This document shows, piece by piece, positions 1-10,319 of a DNA stretch of 64,000 nucleotides. Both the position numbers and the translations under genes were made by a program. The stretch comes from an uncultured Rhodohalobacter sp. Lineage in GTDB: Bacteria; Bacteroidota; Rhodothermia; Balneolales; Balneolaceae. The notes under the pieces were generated by a model. That model saw nothing but the letters and a program-made list of their open reading frames with translations. It ran no database searches and was not told where the DNA came from. The stretch lies in NCBI GenBank assembly GCA_964625635.1, contig CAZVEP010000002.1:79-64078 (forward strand). Reading direction: 5' to 3'. Every line of letters starts with the position of its first letter. Positions within the stretch are counted from its first letter, which is position 1.

Positions 1-10
1 AATTAAAATG

Positions 11-34
11 GTGTCGCCAATTGATTGGCGACAC
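11..34 (-). terminator. GC-rich hairpin about 80 nt downstream of the recQ stop; possible (bidirectional) intrinsic terminator
   Basis: GTGTCGCCAA-ttga-TTGGCGACAC is a perfect 10-bp stem with a 4-nt loop (11-20 pairs with 25-34). On the minus strand it is followed by CATTTTAATT. The window edge hides what lies upstream on the + strand. Confidence 0.45.
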
Positions 35-115
35 TATTACTCGGCCGGAATTTTATTAGTCTGATTTATTCTATTCACATTTTCTCTCAAGTGTGGAAGC
101 ATACTTTTTAAAGTA

Positions 116-2053
116 TCACTTCATCTTGAAGCGAACAGGGTCCTCATCATCTTTAAGCAGCTGATCTTCCCTGGATAGCAACTTTAGTATGTGATGAATC
201 TTTTTCGCTGATAGACCTGTGGCTTTTTTTACTTCAGCAACCGTTTGGAATGACTCACTCAGCTGCTCTTCTACACGTGAAATATCTTCATCAGCCGGTT
301 CATATTCACTGCTTTTCTCTGATGTCAGGCAGTTATCACAGTGTCCGCACCTGCCTGTTCCCGTTTCACCAAAATAGGTTCTCAAGAACTGCTCCCTGCA
401 GCCCGTCGTTTCGATATACTGCTTCATATAACCAAGCTTCGAAAGGAGCACATCTCTGTAGTGGTAGGCTGATTTGTGATCAATTTGTAGATTTTTCATT
501 CGGGCATCAATCAAACGAATAAGAGGCTGCTCTCCCCTTTTTGAAAATTCGAGCAGCTGATCATGCTGAGAAAATACCTGCAATCCTTTTTCTAACTGTC
601 GAGGTGTGATTCCAAGTTTTTCACATATGTATTTTTCATCAATAAAATGCATTTTGTTGAAAGAATCAGCTCCATACTGACGAAATAACACATCAAGGAA
701 CTGCATTTTTTTTGACCCAGAATCCTGGATCAAGCTGCGGATATAGTGCTTGCCGGCGGTAAAGTGAATACCAATTTTCGATTCGTAAAGCTCCGTTTTT
801 TCCAGAATCTCAAGCCGTTCAAGAACACGCACAGATACAGCAATTTGAGATTCTTTCAACCCGGTTCTTTTTGCAATTTTTTTATAGTCGACAGACTCAG
901 AAGCTTCCATCTCACTGCCAATAGCCAGGTTCAGCTCATCACACAAACCGTTGTAAACTTTTTTTAGTGTATCGTAGTCAGGATAACCCCTCCTAATACG
1001 CTCTTCCGCCCGCTTAGCATCTCCTGGCTTATAAACAAGTATGGGGTAACTCTCCTGCCCGTCACGACCGGCACGGCCCGCTTCCTGGTAATAGGATTCA
1101 AGTGAAATAGGCATTGTTTCATGAATCACAAATCGACAGTCGGGCTTATCTATTCCCATCCCAAATGCATTTGTGGACACCACCACTTCGGTATCTCCCT
1201 CTATCCAGTCTGTCTGTATTCTCTCTCGCTTTTTATTTTCCAGCCCTGCATGGTACGCTTCTGAATTAATACCTGCTCCGCGTAAACGGCCGGCCCAATG
1301 CTCACAATCGCGACGCGTACTGCAATACACGATACCACTGCCCTTAAGCGATGCTTTTTTGACAGCATTCATCAACATCACCTGCTTTTGCGGTGTTTCA
1401 TTGACCCACCATTTCAGGTTATCGCGTCCAAAACCACCTGCAACTACTGTCGGATTATCGAACTGCAGGTTTTTTAGTATATCCTCCTTTACCTCGGGTG
1501 TAGCTGTAGCCGTTAGCGCAATCCACCGCGTGCTATCATCCAGATCTGAGAGCTCCTCTCGTATTGTTCTGTAGCTTGGTCTGAAACTATGTCCCCATTC
1601 TGAAATGCAGTGTGCTTCGTCAACGGCAACAAGCGAAATATTCAACTGGGGCAGCTGGTGTTTCCACAAATCGGTTGCAAGTCTTTCAGGAGCTACGTAT
1701 AACAATCTGTACATGCCATTTCTGGCATTAACCATTCGCTGTTCGGTTTCATAGCTCGGTAGTGTACTATTGATAAAAGTAGCACGAACACCCAGCTTCT
1801 TAAGCTGATCCACCTGGTCTTGCATCAGCGCCACGAGCGGAGAAATAACCAGCGTCATTCCTTCAAAAAGAAGCGAGGGCACCTGGTAACAAAGCGATTT
1901 CCCGCCACCTGTAGGGAAAAGTACGAGCGTTTCGTTTCCCTCCAGTACTGATGAAATCACCTCTTCCTGACCTGAACGAAATGCAGGATAGCCCCAAACC
2001 TCCTTTAGTTTATTTCTGGCATTCTGAAGCGTAGGTTTATCCATGCTCTTCAC
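116..2053 (-). CDS. recQ: ATP-dependent DNA helicase RecQ
   Basis: 645-aa ORF. Walker A PTGGGKSLCYQ, DEAH box VDEAHCISEWGHSFRP, helicase-C motifs VSTNAFGMGIDKPDCRFV and QEAGRAGRDG, RecQ Zn-binding CRREQFLRTYFGE..CGHCDNC. The track start is GTG (2053); an in-frame ATG lies at 2044. Confidence 0.9.
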   Translation of the reverse strand: MKSMDKPTLQNARNKLKEVWGYPAFRSGQEEVISSVLEGNETLVLFPTGGGKSLCYQVPSLLFEGMTLVISPLVALMQDQVDQLKKLGVRATFINSTLPSYETEQRMVNARNGMYRLLYVAPERLATDLWKHQLPQLNISLVAVDEAHCISEWGHSFRPSYRTIREELSDLDDSTRWIALTATATPEVKEDILKNLQFDNPTVVAGGFGRDNLKWWVNETPQKQVMLMNAVKKASLKGSGIVYCSTRRDCEHWAGRLRGAGINSEAYHAGLENKKRERIQTDWIEGDTEVVVSTNAFGMGIDKPDCRFVIHETMPISLESYYQEAGRAGRDGQESYPILVYKPGDAKRAEERIRRGYPDYDTLKKVYNGLCDELNLAIGSEMEASESVDYKKIAKRTGLKESQIAVSVRVLERLEILEKTELYESKIGIHFTAGKHYIRSLIQDSGSKKMQFLDVLFRQYGADSFNKMHFIDEKYICEKLGITPRQLEKGLQVFSQHDQLLEFSKRGEQPLIRLIDARMKNLQIDHKSAYHYRDVLLSKLGYMKQYIETTGCREQFLRTYFGETGTGRCGHCDNCLTSEKSSEYEPADEDISRVEEQLSESFQTVAEVKKATGLSAKKIHHILKLLSREDQLLKDDEDPVRFKMK

Positions 2054-2168
2054 TTATTTAAGATCTCCTATAGTTTTGAAACCATGGAGATCTGCGGTAA
2101 TAAAACTGAAAATTTAGGTATAACCCTCCAGGAGTTCAAAAACTACAGGAAGGATTCTGTATGGTAAC

Positions 2169-2199
2169 AAAAAAAAGGCGTGGAATAGATTCCCACGCC
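2169..2199 (-). terminator. Rho-independent terminator of the sdhCAB operon
   Basis: GGCGTGG (2177-2183) pairs with CCACGCC (2193-2199) around a 9-nt loop. An A8 run at 2169-2176 gives a U8 tail on the minus strand directly after the stem. Confidence 0.7.
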
Positions 2200-2206
2200 T
2201 CTAGTG

Positions 2207-2341
2207 TAGTGTCATCGATAAAATGTCGTGTAGTCATCGGATGAGTTTTTCGAAAAATCGAGTCGTATCGGATCAATACATCATTCATGGATGACTCATC
2301 CGATGACTCGCTAACGGCATCTCACCATTGACATGACACTA
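2207..2341 (-). repeat. Nested inverted repeats (about 135 nt) between the sdhB stop and the terminator; function unknown
   Basis: Outer arms TAGTGTCAT (2207-2215) / ATGACACTA (2333-2341), 9 bp perfect. Inner arms AGTCATCGGATGAGT (2232-2246) / ACTCATCCGATGACT (2294-2308), 15 bp perfect. Central palindrome TTTTTCGAAAAA (2246-2257). GATGA/TCATC pentamers recur. Confidence 0.8.
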
Positions 2342-2374
2342 GGTACAAATTTAAACTAAATAGAGTTGGTCACG

Positions 2375-3121
<747 letters not shown>

Positions 3122-3130
3122 AGGTAATCC

Positions 3131-5050
3131 TTATTTGTAACTTCGTTGTTTCAATTCCACGAACTCAAAATCGAGTGGTTCTTTATGGAGCGTAGTGTTT
3201 AGTTTTCCATTTACTCCGCCATATTCCCAGGCAGATACGTAAGAATACTCCTCATCGTTTCTCAGCGCTTCACCCTCTTCTGTCTGATACTCTTCACGAA
3301 GGTGGCATCCACACGATTCATCCCTGTCGAGAGCATCAATTGCCATCAGCTCTGCAAGTTCGAAGTAATCAGCCACGCGATGTGCAAACTCCAGGTACTT
3401 GTTGTAGTAAGCCGCATCGCCGGGAACACGAACATTTTCATAGAAATCATCTCGGAGTTCACGAATTTGTTCAATTGCTTCTTGGAGACCTTCTTTACTA
3501 CGATTAATCCCCACCTTGTCCCACATAATCTTACCAAGTTCACGGTGAAACTCAACGACAGTCTTGTCACCGTCGACTGACAAGAGCTTATCGAGCGTTT
3601 CTGAGGAGGTATTTGCCGCCTCAGTAAAAGCATCATGCTCTGTTGTAACATCGGCCAGTTCGGCATCGGCAATGTAGTTTCCTATTGTGTAGGGTACGAT
3701 GAAATAACCATCTGAAAGTCCCTGCATCAATGCACTGGCTCCCAATCGATTGGCGCCGTGATCGGAAAAATTGGCTTCTCCCGCTACAAAAAGGCCGGGA
3801 ATGTTGCTCATGAGGTTATAATCAACCCAAAGTCCGCCCATCGTATAGTGAACAGCAGGGAAAATCCTCATGGGTACTTCGTATGGATTGTCATCCGTAA
3901 TGTTCTGATACATATCAAACAAGTTACCATACTTGGCTGCAATGGCTTCTTTCCCTTCGCGTTTAATCGCATCTCTGAAGTCGAGGTAAACTGCAAGGCC
4001 GGTTTCGCCGACACCCATCCCCTCATCGGTCACCATTTTGGCATTACGTGATGCAACATCACGCGGCACCAGGTTTCCAAAACTTGGATACTTCTCTTCG
4101 AGATAGTAGTACCTGTCTTCTTCCGGAATATCATTTGGTTTACGTGAATCTTCAGGATCACGCGGCACCCATACGCGGCCATCGTTTCTTAAACTCTCAC
4201 TCATAAGCGTAAGCTTGGACTGGTAGTCGCCGCTGACAGGAATGCAGGTCGGGTGAATTTGAACCATGCATGGATTTGCAAAAGCAGCACCCCGTTTGTG
4301 GCACCTCCAGGCAGCTGTTACGTTTGAATTTTTAGCGTTGGTAGACAGATAGAATACATTTCCATATCCGCCGGTACAGAGCACAACTGCATCTGCTTTC
4401 CACCTGTTGATGGAACCATCAACAAGATTCCTGGTGATAATACCACGGGCTTTCCCGTCAACAACAACGAGATCAAGCATTTCATGGCGCGGATAGTTTT
4501 TAATTTTACCGGCGTGAACCTCTCGCATCATTGCCTGGTAGGCTCCGAGCAGAAGCTGTTGTCCGGTCTGACCACGGGCATAAAATGTTCGTGACACCTG
4601 TGCACCACCAAATGACCGGTTGTCAAGCAATCCACTATATTCACGTGCAAATGGCACGCCCTGGGCAACTGCCTGGTCAATAATGCTATTTGAATTTTGT
4701 GCCAGCCGATAGACATTTGCTTCACGGCTTCTGTAATCGCCACCCTTGATAGTATCATAAAAAAGACGCCAGACACTATCCCCGTCGTTTGGATAATTTT
4801 TTGCAGCGTTTATACCACCCTGTGCGGCAATACTGTGGGCGCGACGGGCTGAATCCTGAATACAGAATGTTGAAACCTCGTAACCCAGTTCTGCAAGACT
4901 TGAAGCGGCAGATGCACCGGCCAGGCCGGTTCCTACAACAATAATTTTATGCTTACGCTTATTATTGGGAGATACAAGTTTAATGTCTTTCAGATGCCGG
5001 TCCCATTTCTCTTCAAGAGGGCCGGATGGAACGTTTGATTCTAATTTCAT
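3131..5050 (-). CDS. sdhA: Succinate dehydrogenase / fumarate reductase flavoprotein subunit
   Basis: 639 aa. FAD-binding [12 protein letters not shown], covalent-FAD His context [24 protein letters not shown]. Confidence 0.92.
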   Translation of the reverse strand: MKLESNVPSGPLEEKWDRHLKDIKLVSPNNKRKHKIIVVGTGLAGASAASSLAELGYEVSTFCIQDSARRAHSIAAQGGINAAKNYPNDGDSVWRLFYDTIKGGDYRSREANVYRLAQNSNSIIDQAVAQGVPFAREYSGLLDNRSFGGAQVSRTFYARGQTGQQLLLGAYQAMMREVHAGKIKNYPRHEMLDLVVVDGKARGIITRNLVDGSINRWKADAVVLCTGGYGNVFYLSTNAKNSNVTAAWRCHKRGAAFANPCMVQIHPTCIPVSGDYQSKLTLMSESLRNDGRVWVPRDPEDSRKPNDIPEEDRYYYLEEKYPSFGNLVPRDVASRNAKMVTDEGMGVGETGLAVYLDFRDAIKREGKEAIAAKYGNLFDMYQNITDDNPYEVPMRIFPAVHYTMGGLWVDYNLMSNIPGLFVAGEANFSDHGANRLGASALMQGLSDGYFIVPYTIGNYIADAELADVTTEHDAFTEAANTSSETLDKLLSVDGDKTVVEFHRELGKIMWDKVGINRSKEGLQEAIEQIRELRDDFYENVRVPGDAAYYNKYLEFAHRVADYFELAELMAIDALDRDESCGCHLREEYQTEEGEALRNDEEYSYVSAWEYGGVNGKLNTTLHKEPLDFEFVELKQRSYK

Positions 5051-5082
5051 AATAAGTCAGACTTTTTCGATTAAAAAAATGA

Positions 5083-5787
5083 TTACCGGCACTCGATCAG
5101 AGCTGCCTCACAGCCCCCGCCAAAGTAGATATAGATGGGAATGAACAGGAATCCTACAGCCATCAGAATGGCAAATACAACACCTATTGAATAGATTATC
5201 GCAGACGCTTTTTTACTTTTCACCGTGAGTGATGTAAATGCACTCCAAATCCCATGCCCCAGATGAGCTCCCAGCAGCAGCATTACAAATGCATAGCCAA
5301 ATGCATAACCTGCACCCTGAAAAGTCTCAATAACCAGTGATTTAATATCGTGGGTCTGCTGGCCGTCGATCATAACAGTTCCGGTATCACCCAGCGCAAA
5401 TGTGTTGATATGAATGACAACGAAGACTAAAAGTACGACGCCTGTAAATGCCATACTACGTGAACTAAGACTCTGCCTCGAGGGTCCGCCTTTACTGCTA
5501 TAGACTTCATATTTTTGAGGGCGGGCGCGTCTTTTCTGAATCCAGATGGAAATTCCTATCCATGCATGAATTGTAAATACAACTAAGAGGCCTATTCGTG
5601 CTATCCAAAGAAGTGGGCCAAGACTGTGCAGGAACATCGAGTATCGGTTCATAGCATCCGCTTCGCCGAAAATTGCAAGGTTACCACTTAGATGAAATAC
5701 AATAAAGATAAATAGAAATATACCCGTCAGACCGGTTAAAATTTTACGGCCAACTTGTGAACTTGCTGCTTTTAAAAGTGATGGCAT
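5083..5787 (-). CDS. sdhC: Succinate dehydrogenase cytochrome b subunit (single-subunit b558-type membrane anchor)
   Basis: 234 aa with about 5 hydrophobic helices carrying conserved His residues. Sits directly upstream of sdhA on the same strand. Confidence 0.75.
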   Translation of the reverse strand: MPSLLKAASSQVGRKILTGLTGIFLFIFIVFHLSGNLAIFGEADAMNRYSMFLHSLGPLLWIARIGLLVVFTIHAWIGISIWIQKRRARPQKYEVYSSKGGPSRQSLSSRSMAFTGVVLLVFVVIHINTFALGDTGTVMIDGQQTHDIKSLVIETFQGAGYAFGYAFVMLLLGAHLGHGIWSAFTSLTVKSKKASAIIYSIGVVFAILMAVGFLFIPIYIYFGGGCEAALIECR

Positions 5788-5994
5788 AAGTATGTTAAAA
5801 TTTTGCTACACGCAGTACTGTGATTCGAATGGTTGATAGACGATCCACTACGTAGTTAGGTTCCGTTTATAAGTTAGTAAAAATCCACTTATTTAAGCTA
5901 AAAGGCAAGGATGAAGCGCTTTCTTTCGATGGTGTGATACTATTAAGAATCTGTCTATATTATGTAAAATTTTAACAGCCAAGAGTTCAATTTA

Positions 5995-6612
5995 TTGCTG
6001 ACGGTCACTCAAAATTTTCAGGCTGAATATCGAGTAAAAGGCTCAAAGTTTATATCCGTTATAAGTCCCTGTGATACAACTGAAGAGGCAGAAAATAAGC
6101 TCTCCAAAGTTAGGGACATTCACCCAACTGCCACTCATCACTGCTATGCATTCAGAGTCAATCCATCAGAGATTTCTGAGCATTCTCAGGACGATGGCGA
6201 ACCAGGTGGCACTGCAGGCTTACCCATTTTAAATGCAATGCGATCAGCAAATGTTGTAAATGCAATCGTCATTATTGTGCGATATTATGGTGGAACCAAG
6301 CTTGGAAAAGGTGGTCTTATTGATGCCTATGGATCCTCAGCCAGCCAAGTTATTGAGCGGTCAACGTTAAAAAGTATCATACCTACACAGAGATACGAGA
6401 TTATATTCCCCTACAATCAGCAGTCAGTCATCGATAAGCTCAAGCATTCATTTACATTATTCGAGATCGAGTCATCATACACAGAAAACGTAGACCTTAT
6501 CCTTGAATGCCCTGTTAGAGAAGCTAAATATTTTGAAAAGAAACTTGATGCCGTCCATCATCTGCTGATCAGTGTAGACAGGAAAGGCATCTTCTTCAGA
6601 GTTTTGCCTTAA
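5995..6612 (+). CDS. yigZ: YigZ / IMPACT family (UPF0029) protein
   Basis: 205 aa. GEPGGTAGLPIL and YYGGTKLGKGGL signatures of the IMPACT N-domain. TTG start in the track. Confidence 0.75.
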   Translation: MLTVTQNFQAEYRVKGSKFISVISPCDTTEEAENKLSKVRDIHPTATHHCYAFRVNPSEISEHSQDDGEPGGTAGLPILNAMRSANVVNAIVIIVRYYGGTKLGKGGLIDAYGSSASQVIERSTLKSIIPTQRYEIIFPYNQQSVIDKLKHSFTLFEIESSYTENVDLILECPVREAKYFEKKLDAVHHLLISVDRKGIFFRVLP

Positions 6613-6739
6613 GTTTGTGAATGATGTATCCTATTGAAAGTGTTGAAAAAGCCTGAGCGACCTCTGAAAACATTGCCACCTAGTAAAAACCCTGGTTGGT
6701 TTCACTTAGTACCACCATTAAAAGCAGAATTAATATTTC

Positions 6740-7282
6740 ATGAAAATTTATACTAAAAAAGGCGACGCCGGCGAAACCTCTCTTTTTGGAGGAACCAAAA
6801 CGAAAAAGAGTAACATCAGAATTAGTGCATATGGTACGGTTGATGAATTGAATTCAACGATTGGCATGGTGCTATCCTACTCCATCTCACAACAGGGCAA
6901 AACCATACTCTCGCAAGTTCAGAATGATCTGTTTGTTGTGGGTGCCACTCTGGCAACACCGGATCCCAGAAAATCCAAAATCGACCAGGTTGGTAACAAA
7001 GAGATTGAAGGCCTCGAAATGTGGATTGACAGACTTGAGGAAAACCTGCCGTCATTGAAGTCTTTTATATTACCCGGGGGAGGTGGAGCGGGATCAACTC
7101 TTCATTTTGCCAGAACCGTGTGTCGCCGTGCAGAACGCGAAACAGTGCAGCTTGCTGATTCAGAAGATATACCGGCTGATGCTATTATTTACCTCAACAG
7201 GCTGTCCGATCTGTTATTTGTACTTGCACGCTATGAAAACCACCAGCATGGTGAAAAAGAAACACCGTGGATTCCAGAGTAA
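6740..7282 (+). CDS. PduO-type ATP:cob(I)alamin adenosyltransferase
   Basis: 180 aa. N-terminus MKIYTKKGDAGETSLFGG is typical of the PduO/MMAB family. Confidence 0.88.
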   Translation: MKIYTKKGDAGETSLFGGTKTKKSNIRISAYGTVDELNSTIGMVLSYSISQQGKTILSQVQNDLFVVGATLATPDPRKSKIDQVGNKEIEGLEMWIDRLEENLPSLKSFILPGGGGAGSTLHFARTVCRRAERETVQLADSEDIPADAIIYLNRLSDLLFVLARYENHQHGEKETPWIPE

Positions 7283-7326
7283 TTACTTCAACTATATAAT
7301 TTTATCACTTTAACTACTGATTCGAC

Positions 7327-7848
7327 ATGTCGAAATCGATAGAGCTTAAGCCCGACTGGAAACGATGGTTCTGGGGATATTTTTTCGGAGTTATTTTAAT
7401 TCCATTCTTAGGTTTAGGTATCGCTGTATTATGGATTGTTCATGCAAGACGTAAACATATAATCTATAACGTTACAGATCGTCAGATTGAGGAACAAACA
7501 AAAAAATTGTCTCAAAAAATAGATCTGGCTAATGTAAAGACACTTGACGTAGAGCAGAACTGGTTCGATAAAAAGTTTGGGATTGGTGATATCAAGTTAT
7601 CAACCGAAACCCGAAGTATCACTCTTTTGGGGCAATCAAATCCTGAAAAGCTAGCAGATATGATTTCTTCAGCCATCAGGGCCGAACGGAAACGTATCGA
7701 GGATTTGAACCAAATACGTGAAGCACCTGAAAAAGAACCGCCCTCCCCCGGCACTCTGGATAAGCTTGATTATCTCACCGGTTTATGGCAGCAGGGATTA
7801 CTGAGTGATGAGGATTTTCGAAAAGAAAAGAAGCATTTCGAGAATTAG
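7327..7848 (+). CDS. Membrane-anchored bacterial PH-domain protein with C-terminal SHOCT-like motif
   Basis: 173 aa. N-terminal hydrophobic hairpin (FWGYFFGVILIPFLGLGIAVLWIV), bPH-like core (YNVTDRQIEE..FGIGDIKLST), C-terminal GLLSDEDFRKEKKHF. Confidence 0.55.
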   Translation: MSKSIELKPDWKRWFWGYFFGVILIPFLGLGIAVLWIVHARRKHIIYNVTDRQIEEQTKKLSQKIDLANVKTLDVEQNWFDKKFGIGDIKLSTETRSITLLGQSNPEKLADMISSAIRAERKRIEDLNQIREAPEKEPPSPGTLDKLDYLTGLWQQGLLSDEDFRKEKKHFEN

Positions 7849-7867
7849 CTCCTTACAGCAGGGAATT

Positions 7868-8869
7868 TTACCTTACTGCAGGTTGTAAAAGCGTAATAAG
7901 ACCTTCATCAGCATCTAGCTCTGCCATGGCTCCTACAGGAATAGTAAAATTATCCGGTTCATGTCCAATATCTGCATTGTAGATAGCAGGAACATCATAT
8001 CGGGACAGATAGTGATCCATAACTTCCATCAGTGAAAACGTAGGTTCTGTTCCTCCAGAACAATCAGTACATTTGCCAAAGATAAAACCTGAGATTTGGT
8101 TTAAAACACCAGCTTGTTCCAGGTGCGCCAGCATCCGGTCAACTTTGTATGTGTCTTCTCCAATATCTTCAACAAAAAGGAGTGCGCCATCGTAATTAGC
8201 CTGGTAGGGTGTTCCAAGTGTTGTAACAAGAATACTTAAATTTCCACCTAGCAGTTTTCCCTGAACCTTGCCGGGTCGTAATGTCTTCACATTACTTACT
8301 GACTTGTACTTTTCCGCCTCTCCATTCATTATAACCGTTTCAAAACTTTGTTTGGTTAGATCAGTCCAGTCTGAATTTCCATTGGGACCATGAAATGTCT
8401 GTAAATTACTAAATGCCATCAGTGCATGATGAAGCGTTGTGTTATCACTAAACCCACAGTATACTTTAGGATTGCAGGCAATCATCTGAAAATCCAGATA
8501 AGGTAAAATCCGGGCACACCCCCACCCGCCGCGCACAGCAATGATTCCGTCAATATCAGGATTTTCAAACATATCATTGAGATCCGATGCCCTGCCTTCA
8601 TCTGTACCGGCAAGATAACCATGTCTGTCTTTAACGTGATCGCCAAATACCGTTCGCAGACCCAAATCTGCAAGCTCTTTCTGCATTCTCTCGAACTCTG
8701 ATTCATCATAAATGATGCCAGCAGGTGCTACCAACCCAATAGTATCGCCTGGCTGAAGCCGCCTGGGGAGATTCAAATTACTCTGTTCGGATCGTATATA
8801 GGCAGTTTGTAACGCTATAGGCAGTGACCCAAGGCCAATCGTTTTAATAAAATCTGAACGTTTCATCAT
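7868..8869 (-). CDS. ldcA: LD-carboxypeptidase (peptidase S66)
   Basis: 333 aa. Signal-like N-terminus MMKRSDFIKTIGLGSL. S66 motifs GFSDNT (Ser nucleophile), FVEDIGE and IGHEPDN. Confidence 0.85.
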   Translation of the reverse strand: MMKRSDFIKTIGLGSLPIALQTAYIRSEQSNLNLPRRLQPGDTIGLVAPAGIIYDESEFERMQKELADLGLRTVFGDHVKDRHGYLAGTDEGRASDLNDMFENPDIDGIIAVRGGWGCARILPYLDFQMIACNPKVYCGFSDNTTLHHALMAFSNLQTFHGPNGNSDWTDLTKQSFETVIMNGEAEKYKSVSNVKTLRPGKVQGKLLGGNLSILVTTLGTPYQANYDGALLFVEDIGEDTYKVDRMLAHLEQAGVLNQISGFIFGKCTDCSGGTEPTFSLMEVMDHYLSRYDVPAIYNADIGHEPDNFTIPVGAMAELDADEGLITLLQPAVR

Positions 8870-8890
8870 GACCTTCCCACAAATAGTTAG

Positions 8891-9490
8891 TTAATCAGAG
8901 TAGAGTTTATTGTTAAAAATGTACTGTGCCACAGATTCGGGCACAAGTGACTTCAGACTATCATCCTCCATCCTGGCTTTTTCCCTAATCTCAGTAGACG
9001 ATACATCAACTTCGGTATGATCTATAAAGATTGCTCGCTCTAAAATTTCTCCGGAGATAGTTGAGCTGTCACTACCGGGCCGGCTTGCCACGATGAGCGG
9101 TGTGCGTAGTAAAATCTCTTCGTATTTCCACCATGTATTAAATGCGGCCAAACTATCCTCTCCAATACACAAAAAATATTTATTTTCGGGATGTTTCTCT
9201 TGAAGAGATTCGATTGTTCTTAATGTATAAGATGGCTTTGGGAGATGGGATTCGAGATCAGAGACAAATACTTTACCATATTCTTGAAACGCCAGTTTAA
9301 GCATCTCATAGCGATGCCCAAAAGGTGTCTGTTCTTTATCTTTTTTATGCGGGGAAGCCGGTGTCGGTAATACGAGTAGCTTGTCGATAATATTACTGGC
9401 CAAAAAAGATTCTGCAATTTTTACATGGCCAAGATGCACCGGATCAAATGCTCCTCCAAAAATCCCTATTCTCACCCCCGCAGGCTTCAC
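8891..9490 (-). CDS. nadD: Nicotinate-nucleotide adenylyltransferase
   Basis: 199 aa. GIFGGAFDPVHLGH (HxGH nucleotidyltransferase motif). Confidence 0.9.
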   Translation of the reverse strand: MKPAGVRIGIFGGAFDPVHLGHVKIAESFLASNIIDKLLVLPTPASPHKKDKEQTPFGHRYEMLKLAFQEYGKVFVSDLESHLPKPSYTLRTIESLQEKHPENKYFLCIGEDSLAAFNTWWKYEEILLRTPLIVASRPGSDSSTISGEILERAIFIDHTEVDVSSTEIREKARMEDDSLKSLVPESVAQYIFNNKLYSD

Positions 9491-10314
9491 TCGCCTTCAA
9501 CTACGGGTTCAGAGTCACTCGCTTCACCTATATCTTCAATTTCACCTCGTGCCCTGTCATACAGGTCTTCCGCCCTGCTTCTGTTTTCACCGCTTGGAAA
9601 TAACTGAAGGTAAGTTTCATAGCTATCAATGGCAGATTCGTAACGAGTTAGCTGACTTGATGGAATACTGTTATCAGCGTATAGAATATAAGCTTCAATC
9701 TTATCTACCAATGCCTCTTCTGCCCATTCAGATTCAGGGTAATTATCAAGAACGAGATCATAATACACAATAGCAGCACTGTACCGCTCGGTCCGCTTAT
9801 AAAACTCAGCAGATTCGTACTGTTTTCTGGCAAGTTTATTTCTAAGCTGAGTAATATACTGAGAAGATTCTACAACACGATCAGAGTTTGGATATCGTGA
9901 GTTAAATAGCCTGAAGCGTTCAAGCGCCTGTCGTGTATAACTTTGATCGAGTCTATATCTCGGACTTAACATGTAGTAACAGAGGGCAGATTTAAAATCA
10001 ACATCTTCCCGCAGTTCAGATCGTGGAAAAAAGGATGCATAGCGATCGTACTCTGATGCTGCCAGCAAATAACGCCGATCATTGAAATAACTTTCAGCTA
10101 GTAAATATTGAGCTTGCTGACCTAAGTCCGTCCCTCGCCCAATCGATACCACTGTTTCGAATGCTCTTGATGCATTAGACCAGTTTTCATCATCATACTG
10201 AGCTTTTGCCTTATTGAAGGCAACTTCGAGAGAATCACCAGGTCGTATAAGCTCTTGATTGCGACATGAGAGTAATGCAAAAACAGCTATAGTAAAAAGT
10301 AAAACTTTACGCAT
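9487..10314 (-). CDS. bamD: Outer membrane protein assembly factor BamD (TPR lipoprotein)
   Basis: 275 aa. Lipobox FALLSC and TPR-like repeats throughout. 4-nt overlap with nadD. Confidence 0.75.
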   Translation of the reverse strand: MRKVLLFTIAVFALLSCRNQELIRPGDSLEVAFNKAKAQYDDENWSNASRAFETVVSIGRGTDLGQQAQYLLAESYFNDRRYLLAASEYDRYASFFPRSELREDVDFKSALCYYMLSPRYRLDQSYTRQALERFRLFNSRYPNSDRVVESSQYITQLRNKLARKQYESAEFYKRTERYSAAIVYYDLVLDNYPESEWAEEALVDKIEAYILYADNSIPSSQLTRYESAIDSYETYLQLFPSGENRSRAEDLYDRARGEIEDIGEASDSEPVVEGE

Positions 10315-10319
10315 TGACT

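Noticed and set aside
250-1574. Three + strand ORFs (250-522, 746-967, 1173-1574) inside recQ, and the many similar 60-150-aa ORFs opposite other large genes in the track
   Set aside because: All are nested antisense in well-supported CDSs and lack recognisable motifs. They are treated as six-frame noise.
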